Source: Pyrodictium abyssi (GTDB taxonomy: Archaea; Thermoproteota; Thermoprotei_A; Sulfolobales; Pyrodictiaceae). From it: 32,000 bases of DNA. Of the stretch, positions 6,946-13,928 are shown one piece after another (within the stretch, counting starts at the first letter, position 1; each line of letters starts with the position of its first letter). A program made the position numbers and the translations under genes. Location of the stretch: NCBI RefSeq assembly GCF_036323395.1, contig NZ_AP028907.1, forward strand, positions 1,950,001 to 1,982,000, given 5' to 3'. The notes below the pieces were generated by a model. That model saw only the letters and a program-made list of their open reading frames with translations, ran no database searches and was not told the DNA's origin.

Positions 6946-7599
6946 TCACAGGAGCTCCTGTAGCTCCGGCACTCTACGGAGTGGCTCGAGGACTCGGGGC
7001 AGATCGCCGAGCCCGAAGATGGTGAACCTCACGAAGACCTCGTCTGGCCAGAGGTTGGTGAGCCTCCTCGCCTCCCGCCAGAGCGTCATGTGCTTCCGGG
7101 GGAGGAAGAGCACTACCCGCTCTAGGCCCCGTGCGGCGAGCTCCTCCACCACGTCGCGGAGCGTCTCCACGACCAGGCCCCGTAGCAGCGGGCGCTGGAG
7201 GACCTCATCGGGGTGGAGCTCGTAGCAGCAAGCGGGGTAGGTCTCGGCCCGCTCATAGGGCACCAAGAGTAGCAGGTCGCTGAAGTAGAGCCATTCTATC
7301 CCAGCGGGCCTGTCCACGTCGCTGCTCCAGAGCCCGAGGCGGCGGAGCAGCCCACGTATCTTCCGCGATGTGGGGCTCCTGGTGTAGGGCTTCACGCTAG
7401 AGCACGGCGTTACGAGGGCCACGGGGCTCCGTGGCCTGTACTCCCTCCGGAGCCACTCCCACCAATCCTTCACCGCGGGATGCTCGAATGCGCGGGGCCC
7501 CGCCAGCCTGGGGTCTAGGCCGTTATGATGTCTCGGGGGCCACCGGCCGTCCTCCTTCCGGACTACGTACCTGTAGCCACGCTTCACGGTCAGCGCCAC
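6946..7599 (-). CDS. stand-alone DUF5591 / ArcS (archaeosine synthase) catalytic-domain-like protein
   Basis: Start taken at the GTG at 7597-7599 ('VALTVKRGYRY...'). 'FEHPAVKDWWEWLRREYRPRSPVALVTPCSSVKPYTRSPTS' matches the ArcS signature PC-x3-KPY-x2-S-x2-H, except that the final His is Ser. The downstream 'LLLVPYERAETYPACCYEL' resembles the DUF5591 'VP.E.e..YPa..Yd' segment. Confidence 0.6.
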   Translation of the reverse strand: MALTVKRGYRYVVRKEDGRWPPRHHNGLDPRLAGPRAFEHPAVKDWWEWLRREYRPRSPVALVTPCSSVKPYTRSPTSRKIRGLLRRLGLWSSDVDRPAGIEWLYFSDLLLLVPYERAETYPACCYELHPDEVLQRPLLRGLVVETLRDVVEELAARGLERVVLFLPRKHMTLWREARRLTNLWPDEVFVRFTIFGLGDLPRVLEPLRRVPELQELL

Positions 7600-7709
7600 C
7601 GCCTCTCCCTCCTCTCCATCCTCTTGACGTGGACGACAGTGTAGACGATGAAGGGGAGCACGAGGAGCTCTAGGAGAAACAGGGCGAGCGGGTCCAGGGC
7701 TACTGTCAC
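7590..7709 (-). CDS. candidate 39-aa single-pass membrane micro-protein
   Basis: GTG at 7707-7709 overlaps the TGA of the upstream gene (GTGA). The translation is 'VTVALDPLALFLLELLVLPFIVYTVVHVKRMERRERRWR', a hydrophobic helix with a basic tail. It ends 10 nt inside the next gene. It is below the 60-aa cut-off of the track. Confidence 0.3.
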   Translation of the reverse strand: MTVALDPLALFLLELLVLPFIVYTVVHVKRMERRERRWR

Positions 7710-7969
7710 CCCAGCCTGAGCGCCATGACGCGGTGCATCTCCGGCCCCATAGCCCCATGGAAGGGTTCGGCCACTGCCTCGCAGCCAGTAGCCTCCATGA
7801 CCGCCCTCTTCACGAGCCTGGCTACCACGTCGCAGTCGCTGAGCCTCTGCGGTATGGCACCCATGGCTAGCAGCCCCTTCATTATCTCCTCGAGGTCCGG
7901 CACCGTCCTGCCACTGCAATCCGTGATGATAACCTGCAGCAGGCACTGCCCCACCACGAACAAGGCCAC
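7706..7969 (-). CDS. hypothetical protein (87 aa)
   Basis: The ORF has a GTG start at 7967-7969 and lies 3 nt after the stop of the upstream micro-ORF. Its composition is plausible ('DLEEIMKGLLAMGAIPQRLSDCDVVARLVKRAV'). Confidence 0.45.
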   Translation of the reverse strand: MALFVVGQCLLQVIITDCSGRTVPDLEEIMKGLLAMGAIPQRLSDCDVVARLVKRAVMEATGCEAVAEPFHGAMGPEMHRVMALRLG

Positions 7970-7972
7970 GGC

Positions 7973-8110
7973 CTAGCCCTCCTCTTCGCACTTCACGGTG
8001 GCCGGGACGATGACGCTGCTGTAGAGCCACTCGAGGAACACGGCTCTGGCATCCTCCACGTTCTCCGCGACGACCTGGCTCTCGACGCGGCAGCGGTAGA
8101 GCCTCGCCAC
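7973..8110 (-). CDS. candidate 45-aa micro-protein
   Basis: GTG at 8108-8110, 4 nt after the RHH gene stop. The translation is 'VARLYRCRVESQVVAENVEDARAVFLEWLYSSVIVPATVKCEEEG', with TAG at 7973-7975. It exactly fills an otherwise empty gap in the operon. Confidence 0.3.
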   Translation of the reverse strand: MARLYRCRVESQVVAENVEDARAVFLEWLYSSVIVPATVKCEEEG

Positions 8111-8114
8111 CGTG

Positions 8115-8333
8115 CTACACCTCGACCTCAAAGACCAAGGCTCTAGAATCGTGGCGGAGGACGGTGGGGCTGTGGCGAGGGCGGCGCGGCAGGGGCAGGC
8201 CCTGCTCGCGGAGGTACCGCTCTATTGCTTCGCGTATGACCTCGCTCCTCGTGACGTGCTGAGCCTTGGCCACCTGGTCAAGCTCCTTTACTATGCACTC
8301 GTCAACCTTGAACGTGACTACACGCATCGGCAT
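8115..8333 (-). CDS. ribbon-helix-helix (CopG/Arc/MetJ-type) DNA-binding protein
   Basis: 'RVVTFKVDECIVKELDQVAKAQHVTRSEVIREAIERYL' is the classic RHH pattern of a beta strand followed by two helices. Confidence 0.65.
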   Translation of the reverse strand: MPMRVVTFKVDECIVKELDQVAKAQHVTRSEVIREAIERYLREQGLPLPRRPRHSPTVLRHDSRALVFEVEV

Positions 8334-8338
8334 GGCTG

Positions 8339-8827
8339 CTACCCCGTTTTCGCGCCCCAGTATGGGTGGGCGTACTCTGCGGGGACCCGGGCGTAGGCTA
8401 GGATGAGGGCCGCTGCCACTGCAAGCTTATTGTCTTGGCCATAGCACTGCATCTTACAGTCAACGAGCGCGCCGGTGTTCTTGGCTCTTAGCTCTGCCTG
8501 GCAGCCCTTGTAGTCGTATATGCACTGTATGCCTAGCACATAGCTCTTGGACCTGGCTATCACTCTCACATCGTATGTGCCGGCTTTCTTCGTGACCTGC
8601 GGCTTTTCGCCTAGGATTAGCTCGAACGCCTTCACGAGCCTCTCGGTGTCGATACAGCTTATGCAGCCCGGCGGCACGTAGAAGAGTATGCTGCCGCCGA
8701 AGGCCCGCGCGTCTGGCAGCTCCTCAACCAGCTTAGCGGCCTCCTCGCCCAGCAGCCTAGCTACACGCTTCCGAGCCTCCCGCCGTTCCTCCACAACCCA
8801 GTCCAAGCCCATAGCCACACTAACCAC
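8339..8827 (-). CDS. hypothetical Cys-containing protein (162 aa)
   Basis: The ORF lies 3 nt after the upstream stop and 5 nt before the RHH gene. I recognise no family. Confidence 0.5.
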   Translation of the reverse strand: MVSVAMGLDWVVEERREARKRVARLLGEEAAKLVEELPDARAFGGSILFYVPPGCISCIDTERLVKAFELILGEKPQVTKKAGTYDVRVIARSKSYVLGIQCIYDYKGCQAELRAKNTGALVDCKMQCYGQDNKLAVAAALILAYARVPAEYAHPYWGAKTG

Positions 8828-8830
8828 CCC

Positions 8831-9136
8831 CTACGCGCAATCAGAAGAAGCAAAGGACTCCGGAGAGCGGAGCAGAGACTCGACATCACTCTCAAGAAGC
8901 CTTAGACGCGGTAGGAGCTCGGAAACAGGGACACCCTCCCCGAGCTCCTCCTGCAGCTCAGTAAGCCTCACGAGAAGCCGGCACGCCGCGGCCACAACGC
9001 GGGAGCAGCGACTCCTATAAGCCAGGTCCGCCACACGGTTCTTGAGAAGACGTATCCGGGCCTCGAGCGCCTCCACAGGAAAAACTATATGGTGAGACGC
9101 CCTCTTACCCACAACCACAGAGGCTCCCACAGACAC
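8831..9136 (-). CDS. hypothetical coiled-coil-like protein (101 aa), first gene of the operon
   Basis: GTG start. It has heptad-like Leu/Arg/Glu repeats ('EALEARIRLLKNRVADL', 'LVRLTELQEEL'). A ~390-bp non-coding region lies upstream. Confidence 0.45.
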   Translation of the reverse strand: MSVGASVVVGKRASHHIVFPVEALEARIRLLKNRVADLAYRSRCSRVVAAACRLLVRLTELQEELGEGVPVSELLPRLRLLESDVESLLRSPESFASSDCA

Positions 9137-9208
9137 CTTGGCCCCTCCGGGCCCCCGTGGGGCACAGGTGCCCCCGGGAGGCCCACAAATTGGGTAGGGA
9201 CACTACCG

Positions 9209-9216
9209 ATTTATAG
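9209..9216 (-). promoter_or_regulatory. TATA-like box (CTATAAAT on the minus strand) upstream of the 12-gene operon
   Basis: The plus strand reads gatttatagc, ~75 nt upstream of the start at 9136. Confidence 0.3.
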
Positions 9217-9444
9217 CTTGCTCTGGAGACCATAGACTGGGCTCCTACATGCTATGTTCCGCTTGGGAGTGGCTAGGGGCTGCGGCTTCTCTGCTGCACG
9301 GTGCCCTGCTAGTCTTTTCTTTGAGTCCGGCCGGAAACGCAAGGGGAGTTTAATGGGCCGCGCCAGCCTTTTCTTAGAACCGGTAGGGTGCCGGGCAGGG
9401 TTTATCAGGGAGTCTTCTGCCTGTCAGGCACATAGGGGAGCTAC

Positions 9445-9466
9445 GCGTAATACACGTATATTACGC
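9445..9466. promoter_or_regulatory. 22-bp near-perfect palindrome GCGTAATA-cacgta-TATTACGC (candidate operator overlapping a TATA-like box)
   Basis: Read directly. The arms are perfect 8-bp repeats and the spacer contains ACGT. It lies ~65-80 nt upstream of the 9529/9544 start. Confidence 0.45.
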
Positions 9467-9543
9467 CCCAGGCTGCCCGGGCCGGCATTTTCGGAGAAGC
9501 CTCGTCACCTCCGATATGCGTCTCCCCCGTGGGTGCCGGTTTG

Positions 9544-10071
9544 ATGGCTGCGCGGGTCTGGCTCACGCCCGAGGAGTGGGCCCTACTCATAATTGGGCTC
9601 GCCGGCAGCGAGCTCAGAGGAGCGACTACTCTACAGAAGCTGGGCTTCCTCGGCGTAATGGAGGCTGGCGGCGAAGGCCTCGAGTACGTGCCGTGGAAGT
9701 ACGGACCCTTCAGCGAGGACCTACACGAGGCGGTTAAGCAGCTGCGTCGCGAGGGCCTCCTCAAGCGCCATGTTGTGTTCGAGAACAGGATGCTCTATAC
9801 AGCCACGGTCTACGTCTACGAGCTGACCCCCCGGGGGGAGGCCGAGTTTCGCAAACTCCTCCGCCGGCTTGAGAAGGAGCACCCTGACTTCCTCCGCAGG
9901 ATGAGGGAGATAGTTGAGGAGTGGAAGGACAAGCCGTTCCACTTACTCTACTACGTCTACAAGCGCTACAAGGACTGGACATACTTCAGCGAGATAAGAG
10001 ACGAAGTAATGAGGCTAGGAAGGCTCCTCGAGCGTCAAGGCGAGCGCCAGAGCAAAACTCGCGGAAGCTAG
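9544..10071 (+). CDS. Panacea (SocA/DUF4065)-like domain protein followed by a winged-helix-like region
   Basis: 'TTLQKLGFLGVME...EYVPWKYGPFSEDLHEAVKQLRREGLL' matches the Panacea core (LqKLlY..., W.yGPv...ly..l). The alternative start is GTG at 9529. Confidence 0.5.
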   Translation: MAARVWLTPEEWALLIIGLAGSELRGATTLQKLGFLGVMEAGGEGLEYVPWKYGPFSEDLHEAVKQLRREGLLKRHVVFENRMLYTATVYVYELTPRGEAEFRKLLRRLEKEHPDFLRRMREIVEEWKDKPFHLLYYVYKRYKDWTYFSEIRDEVMRLGRLLERQGERQSKTRGS

Positions 10072-10690
10072 GAACCTCGCTTGCCTCGCGATAGCCTAGA
10101 ACCGTGTAAACTCTTCTAGCACGCTCAAACAACATGTTGCAGACATCTTTTCTCATATCCTCGCTCCTCCATCCGATAGCTACCACTAGGACAATCATTG
10201 CTATGAGCATTCCTGCAGTTATGGTCTCGAGGCTTAGCAGTCCTTGTGGAAAGTTGCGTGGTGCTTCGTTGATCATGTACGCTGCAAGGTTGGCTAGGAT
10301 TGGCGGGGCTACACTAAGAAGGACACCATGTTGTATAGTGGGGAGTTGTTGCGTTCTCTCCACGATTCTACCGCTTAGCCTGTATATTTCGCCAATACTC
10401 TGTTGAAGCTCTGCACGAAGATTTTTCAAAACCTGCATATAAAGTGCTTGGTCCTCTTCTGTGCTCGCCTCTACAGTGCTGCGTGGTGGGTAAGGTACAG
10501 AGGTAGCGATGTTATTGTTGAGACCAATTAGCTCTGCAAGTTTGGTTTCCAGGACATCGGCGTCCTCGCTGTCAAGTTTAGACTCAAGATCATGAATGCG
10601 CTCTCTAAGCTTTACAGCCCTATACATGAGTATTCCAGTGACGGAGGATGCAGCACCTCCCAGAAGGGTTGCTAAAAAGCTAAACGGCAA
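9986..10690 (-). CDS. membrane protein with an N-terminal TM helix, a coiled-coil and two further TM helices (234 aa)
   Basis: 'FSFLATLLGGAASSVTGILMY' (TM). 'KLRERIHDLESKLDSEDADVLETKLAEL' (coiled-coil). 'GVLLSVAPPILANLAAYMI' and 'ITAGMLIAMIVLVVAIGW' (TM). Local composition is lower in GC. It lies 12 nt downstream of the AbrB-domain gene. Confidence 0.55.
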   Translation of the reverse strand: MPFSFLATLLGGAASSVTGILMYRAVKLRERIHDLESKLDSEDADVLETKLAELIGLNNNIATSVPYPPRSTVEASTEEDQALYMQVLKNLRAELQQSIGEIYRLSGRIVERTQQLPTIQHGVLLSVAPPILANLAAYMINEAPRNFPQGLLSLETITAGMLIAMIVLVVAIGWRSEDMRKDVCNMLFERARRVYTVLGYREASEVPSFREFCSGARLDARGAFLASLLRLLSR

Positions 10691-10702
10691 CCTAGCAACC
10701 CT

Positions 10703-11155
10703 CTAGGCAGGCTCAACAACTATCCGAGAACCCTCGATACGGATACGGACAAAGAGAGGCTCTCCTAGCGCTTCATACACCCATTTAGGAATCGGGATAC
10801 GCAGTGAACTCTTACGGTCGCGACGCACTTTAACATCGCCATTCTCATATACTGGTTCATAGATAGCTCTCTTTGCCTCTGTGCGAACTTTGTACTCGCC
10901 GTCAGGCAAAGACGCTCTTACATAAACCGCGTAGATGCGGCCATAGCGGGAAACTTTCCTCACGATTTCTTCTTCGCTTGCCGTGGGTCGTATTCGGGCT
11001 TCTACCTCCTTTAGGGCTAGTATTCTTTCATGGGGGGCTAGGCCACGCAGAATGTCAAGTATGCTGTCAACTGCTCTTGCTACACTTAGACTCATTTCTT
11101 GTGCCCCCGGGGTTTTAGCATCCCGGGGTATGACCTTTTGTGCTTCGGTGGCCAT
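10703..11155 (-). CDS. protein with a C-terminal AbrB/SpoVT/MazE-like swapped-hairpin domain
   Basis: The C-terminus reads 'SLRIPIPKWVYEALGEPLFVRIRIEGSRIVVEP'. The N-terminal ~110 aa are unassigned. An internal alternative start is 'MSLSVARAV'. Confidence 0.55.
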   Translation of the reverse strand: MATEAQKVIPRDAKTPGAQEMSLSVARAVDSILDILRGLAPHERILALKEVEARIRPTASEEEIVRKVSRYGRIYAVYVRASLPDGEYKVRTEAKRAIYEPVYENGDVKVRRDRKSSLRIPIPKWVYEALGEPLFVRIRIEGSRIVVEPA

Positions 11156-11215
11156 GAAAAGACCCCTTCGCGTGAACTTAGGGTCGAAGATGAGGGGGAA
11201 GGCCCGCAGCTGGGG

Positions 11216-11291
11216 TGGAGCCGCCGCCGGGATTCGAACCCGGGACCTCCGCCTTACCAGGGCGGCGCTCTGCCGGCTGAGCTACGGCGGC
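11216..11291 (-). tRNA. tRNA-Thr (anticodon GGU), CCA encoded
   Basis: The reverse complement GCCGCCGTAGCTCAGCCGGCAGAGCGCCGCCCTGGTAAGGCGGAGGTCCCGGGTTCGAATCCCGGCGGCGGCTCCA folds as a 7/4/5/5-bp cloverleaf. The anticodon loop is CUGGUAA and the T-loop is TTCGAAT. There is no intron. Confidence 0.9.
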
Positions 11292-11432
11292 ACGCTCCAG
11301 TGCTACCGGCTCTACCCGTGGTCCCGGGTAAATCCCTTACGGCTCCATGTCGCGTGGCTTGTCTGATTGGGCTACAGTAGCAGTATTATTCCGGTAGAGC
11401 CTATCCGCCCTTCCCCCGGGGTGCTGGGTAGA

Positions 11433-12434
11433 ATGAGCTACAAGCTGCCAAAAGCGCTTGTAACGACGGTTGTCGGTAGCTACCCTAAGCTGCCGGAGGC
11501 CGAGCAAGCTATCCAGAAGAGGAAGCATGGCCTCGTGAGCGAAGAGGAGTTTCACGAGCTCGTCAAGCCCGCTATAAAGGCTGTGGTTATGGACCACATT
11601 GAGGCTGGTGTGGACGTCATAAGTGATGGCGAGCAAGCGCGCGAGGACATGGTAGTGTACTTTGCCGAGAGGCTGGGTGGCTACAGGAGCGGCGACTGGG
11701 TCCGCATATTCGATAACGTGTACTTCCGTAAGCCCGTGGTGGCCTCCCGGCTGAGCTACATAGCCCCGATGGCTGTGGCTGACTGGGAGTATGCGAAGAG
11801 CGTAGCCCAGGGTAGGCCTGTCAAGGCTATAATAACTGGCCCCTATACTATGGTTGACTGGAGCTTCGACCTCGCCTACGGTGACCGCCGCGAGCTAGTA
11901 CTGGAGATGGCCCGGGTGCTACGCCACGAGATAGAAGAATTCGCGCGCCGAGGCGCCGAGTTCATACAAGTAGACGAGCCAGCTCTATCAACTAGGCCCT
12001 ACCGCGAGGAGGCCGAGCTCCTACGCGAGGCCCTCGAGATAATGTTCAAGGGCATCAGCGCCAAGAAGATCATACACATATGCTTCGGCAGGATAGAGAA
12101 GATACTACCCTATGCCCTCGACTTCCCCGTGGACCAGATAGACCTAGAGTTCAAGAACAGTAACTTCCGCCTTCTACCATACCTTAAAGAGTACGGCTTT
12201 GACAAGGAGCTAGGCTACGGCGTAATAGACGTGCACAGCACCCGCATAGAGAGTATAGAGGAGATAAAGAACGACATCTACCGGCTCATAAAGATGGACA
12301 TCATACCGCCAGAGAAGATATACATAGACCCCGACTGTGGTGTTAAGAGGCTCCCACGCGAGATAGCGAAGGCAAAGCTACGTAACATGGTCAAAGCGGC
12401 GCGCGAGGTACGCCGCGAGCTAGGATACGAGTAG
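11433..12434 (+). CDS. metE: cobalamin-independent methionine synthase, short archaeal MetE C-terminal-domain type (COG0620)
   Basis: '[10 protein letters not shown]', '[10 protein letters not shown]', 'IIHICFG' and 'DPDCGVK' (zinc-ligand motifs). ATG at 11433 is preferred over the track start at 11367. Confidence 0.8.
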   Translation: MSYKLPKALVTTVVGSYPKLPEAEQAIQKRKHGLVSEEEFHELVKPAIKAVVMDHIEAGVDVISDGEQAREDMVVYFAERLGGYRSGDWVRIFDNVYFRKPVVASRLSYIAPMAVADWEYAKSVAQGRPVKAIITGPYTMVDWSFDLAYGDRRELVLEMARVLRHEIEEFARRGAEFIQVDEPALSTRPYREEAELLREALEIMFKGISAKKIIHICFGRIEKILPYALDFPVDQIDLEFKNSNFRLLPYLKEYGFDKELGYGVIDVHSTRIESIEEIKNDIYRLIKMDIIPPEKIYIDPDCGVKRLPREIAKAKLRNMVKAAREVRRELGYE

Positions 12435-12625
12435 CCAGCCCCTGAACAACAACGCGTGGTGCACCATAGTCTTTCTCATTCCTTATGTTTTACCGCAGCA
12501 CCGCGTTCTCCTCTGCAGCCTGGGAGCCAGGAGCCACCACCAGCAGCGTAGAGGGTATTGGCTTATGCTATGGTATGCGAGTGTGATGCCGTGACAACGG
12601 CCAAGGGTAAACGAGGGATGCTGTC

Positions 12626-13840
12626 ATGGTGGTGGAAGGGCTACCCTATCCAACTAAGAGGATAAAAGAGGGGAAAGCAGAGATAATAATTCCAGACCCG
12701 GATGCTTATCGCCGTAAAGACGGTGTATACGAGCCAGCATGGGCGCCAGTATTCTATAACCCGCGGATGCGCTTCAACCGCGACCTTGCTGTGCTGTTTG
12801 CCAATGCTTACCGGGAGCTGGCAGGACTAGAACGACTCGTAGTAGTGGAGCCTCTAACGGGTAGCGGTGTCAGAGCAATACGCTATGCAGTGGAATCTGG
12901 TGCGCGAGTGTATGCAGCAGACATAGACCCTGATGCTGTGCACTTAGCCAGGATCAATGTAGAGAACAACGGTGTGGCAGACCGTGTAACCGTTGAACGT
13001 GCTGATGCGAACGAGTACCTAGCTCGGCTGAAGAGGGAGGGAATAAGACCATCAATAGTAGATATAGACCCCTTCGGAAGTCCAGCCCCGTTCATAGATA
13101 CGGCTATACAGTCGATAAGTGTACGGGGAGTACTGGCGGCAACGGCCACGGACACAGCCCCGCTTTCCGGTACACATTCTCGCGCCCTGCGCCGGAGATA
13201 CGACGTAAAGCCAGCTCGTACTGCATGGGAGAAAGAGCAGGCTGTGAGAATCCTTGTGGGCTACATAATAAGGAGGGCGGCGAGCCACGAGTATGGAGCA
13301 CGCATACTTCTAGCATACTACGCAGACTACTACGTGAGGATATATGCCGAGATTAGGCGGGGTGCATCGCGGGCAGATGAAAGCCTCTCAATGCTAGGCT
13401 ATGGTGTCTACTGCCCCTACTGTGGCTACACGGGATACACCGATACGCCAAGTCATCAATGCCCCTACTGTGGGGGTAGCCTCCAAGTTGTAGGCCCCCT
13501 TTACCGGGGGCCGCTATGTGACCCCGAACTTGTTAAGCGTATGAGGAGGCTAGCTGAGGAGGAAAACACTACGCTGGCAGAACATAGGCGTATAACTAGG
13601 CTGCTTGAACAGCTGGAGGCCGAATGCAGTATAACAAAGCCGTACTATCGGCTCGATAGGCTGTGCAGTATACTGCGCATGAACATGCCAAAGCTGGCTC
13701 AGCTCGTAGACGCTCTCCGCGCCAGAGGCTATAAGGCTACGCGTACACACTTTGACCCACGCGGGTTCAGGACAGACGCGCCACACCCAGAAGTAGTCAA
13801 TACCCTAATAGAGCTACGGACAAGACCTGACCAGGTGTAG
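12626..13840 (+). CDS. trm1: tRNA (guanine(26)-N2)-dimethyltransferase Trm1
   Basis: 'FYNPRMRFNRDL', 'EPLTGSGVRAIRYA', 'DIDPFGSPAPFIDTA', and a C-terminal CPYCG...CPYCG zinc motif. Confidence 0.9.
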   Translation: MVVEGLPYPTKRIKEGKAEIIIPDPDAYRRKDGVYEPAWAPVFYNPRMRFNRDLAVLFANAYRELAGLERLVVVEPLTGSGVRAIRYAVESGARVYAADIDPDAVHLARINVENNGVADRVTVERADANEYLARLKREGIRPSIVDIDPFGSPAPFIDTAIQSISVRGVLAATATDTAPLSGTHSRALRRRYDVKPARTAWEKEQAVRILVGYIIRRAASHEYGARILLAYYADYYVRIYAEIRRGASRADESLSMLGYGVYCPYCGYTGYTDTPSHQCPYCGGSLQVVGPLYRGPLCDPELVKRMRRLAEEENTTLAEHRRITRLLEQLEAECSITKPYYRLDRLCSILRMNMPKLAQLVDALRARGYKATRTHFDPRGFRTDAPHPEVVNTLIELRTRPDQV

Positions 13841-13928
13841 CCAGTAGCCCGGCTACAATAATACGTAGCCAAGCTGCTACCGATACCAGGTTTGGCCTCC
13901 GCTGTGCATCGTCGGCATTAGCAGTGTT

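Noticed and set aside
7710-8030. N-terminal two-thirds of ORF 7590..8030 (-, 146 aa)
   Set aside because: The Gly/Arg-rich translation overlaps ORF 7706..7969 and the 45-aa ORF in other frames. Only the last 39 codons (the TM helix after a GTGA-coupled GTG) look genuine.
1-11215. Search for a partial copy of the tRNA-Thr 3' half (e.g. GATTCGAACCCGG or its complement) that would mark an att site or tandem-integration junction inside the window
   Set aside because: I found no such copy by eye in the non-coding regions (2316-2496, 3650-4545, 9137-9528). The island boundary therefore cannot be fixed from this window.
12560-12640. Possible C/D-box sRNA (GTGATGC ... CTGT) upstream of trm1
   Set aside because: Neither box matches the consensus (RUGAUGA / CUGA). 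There is no C'/D' pair or terminal stem, and the 3' part overlaps the trm1 start.
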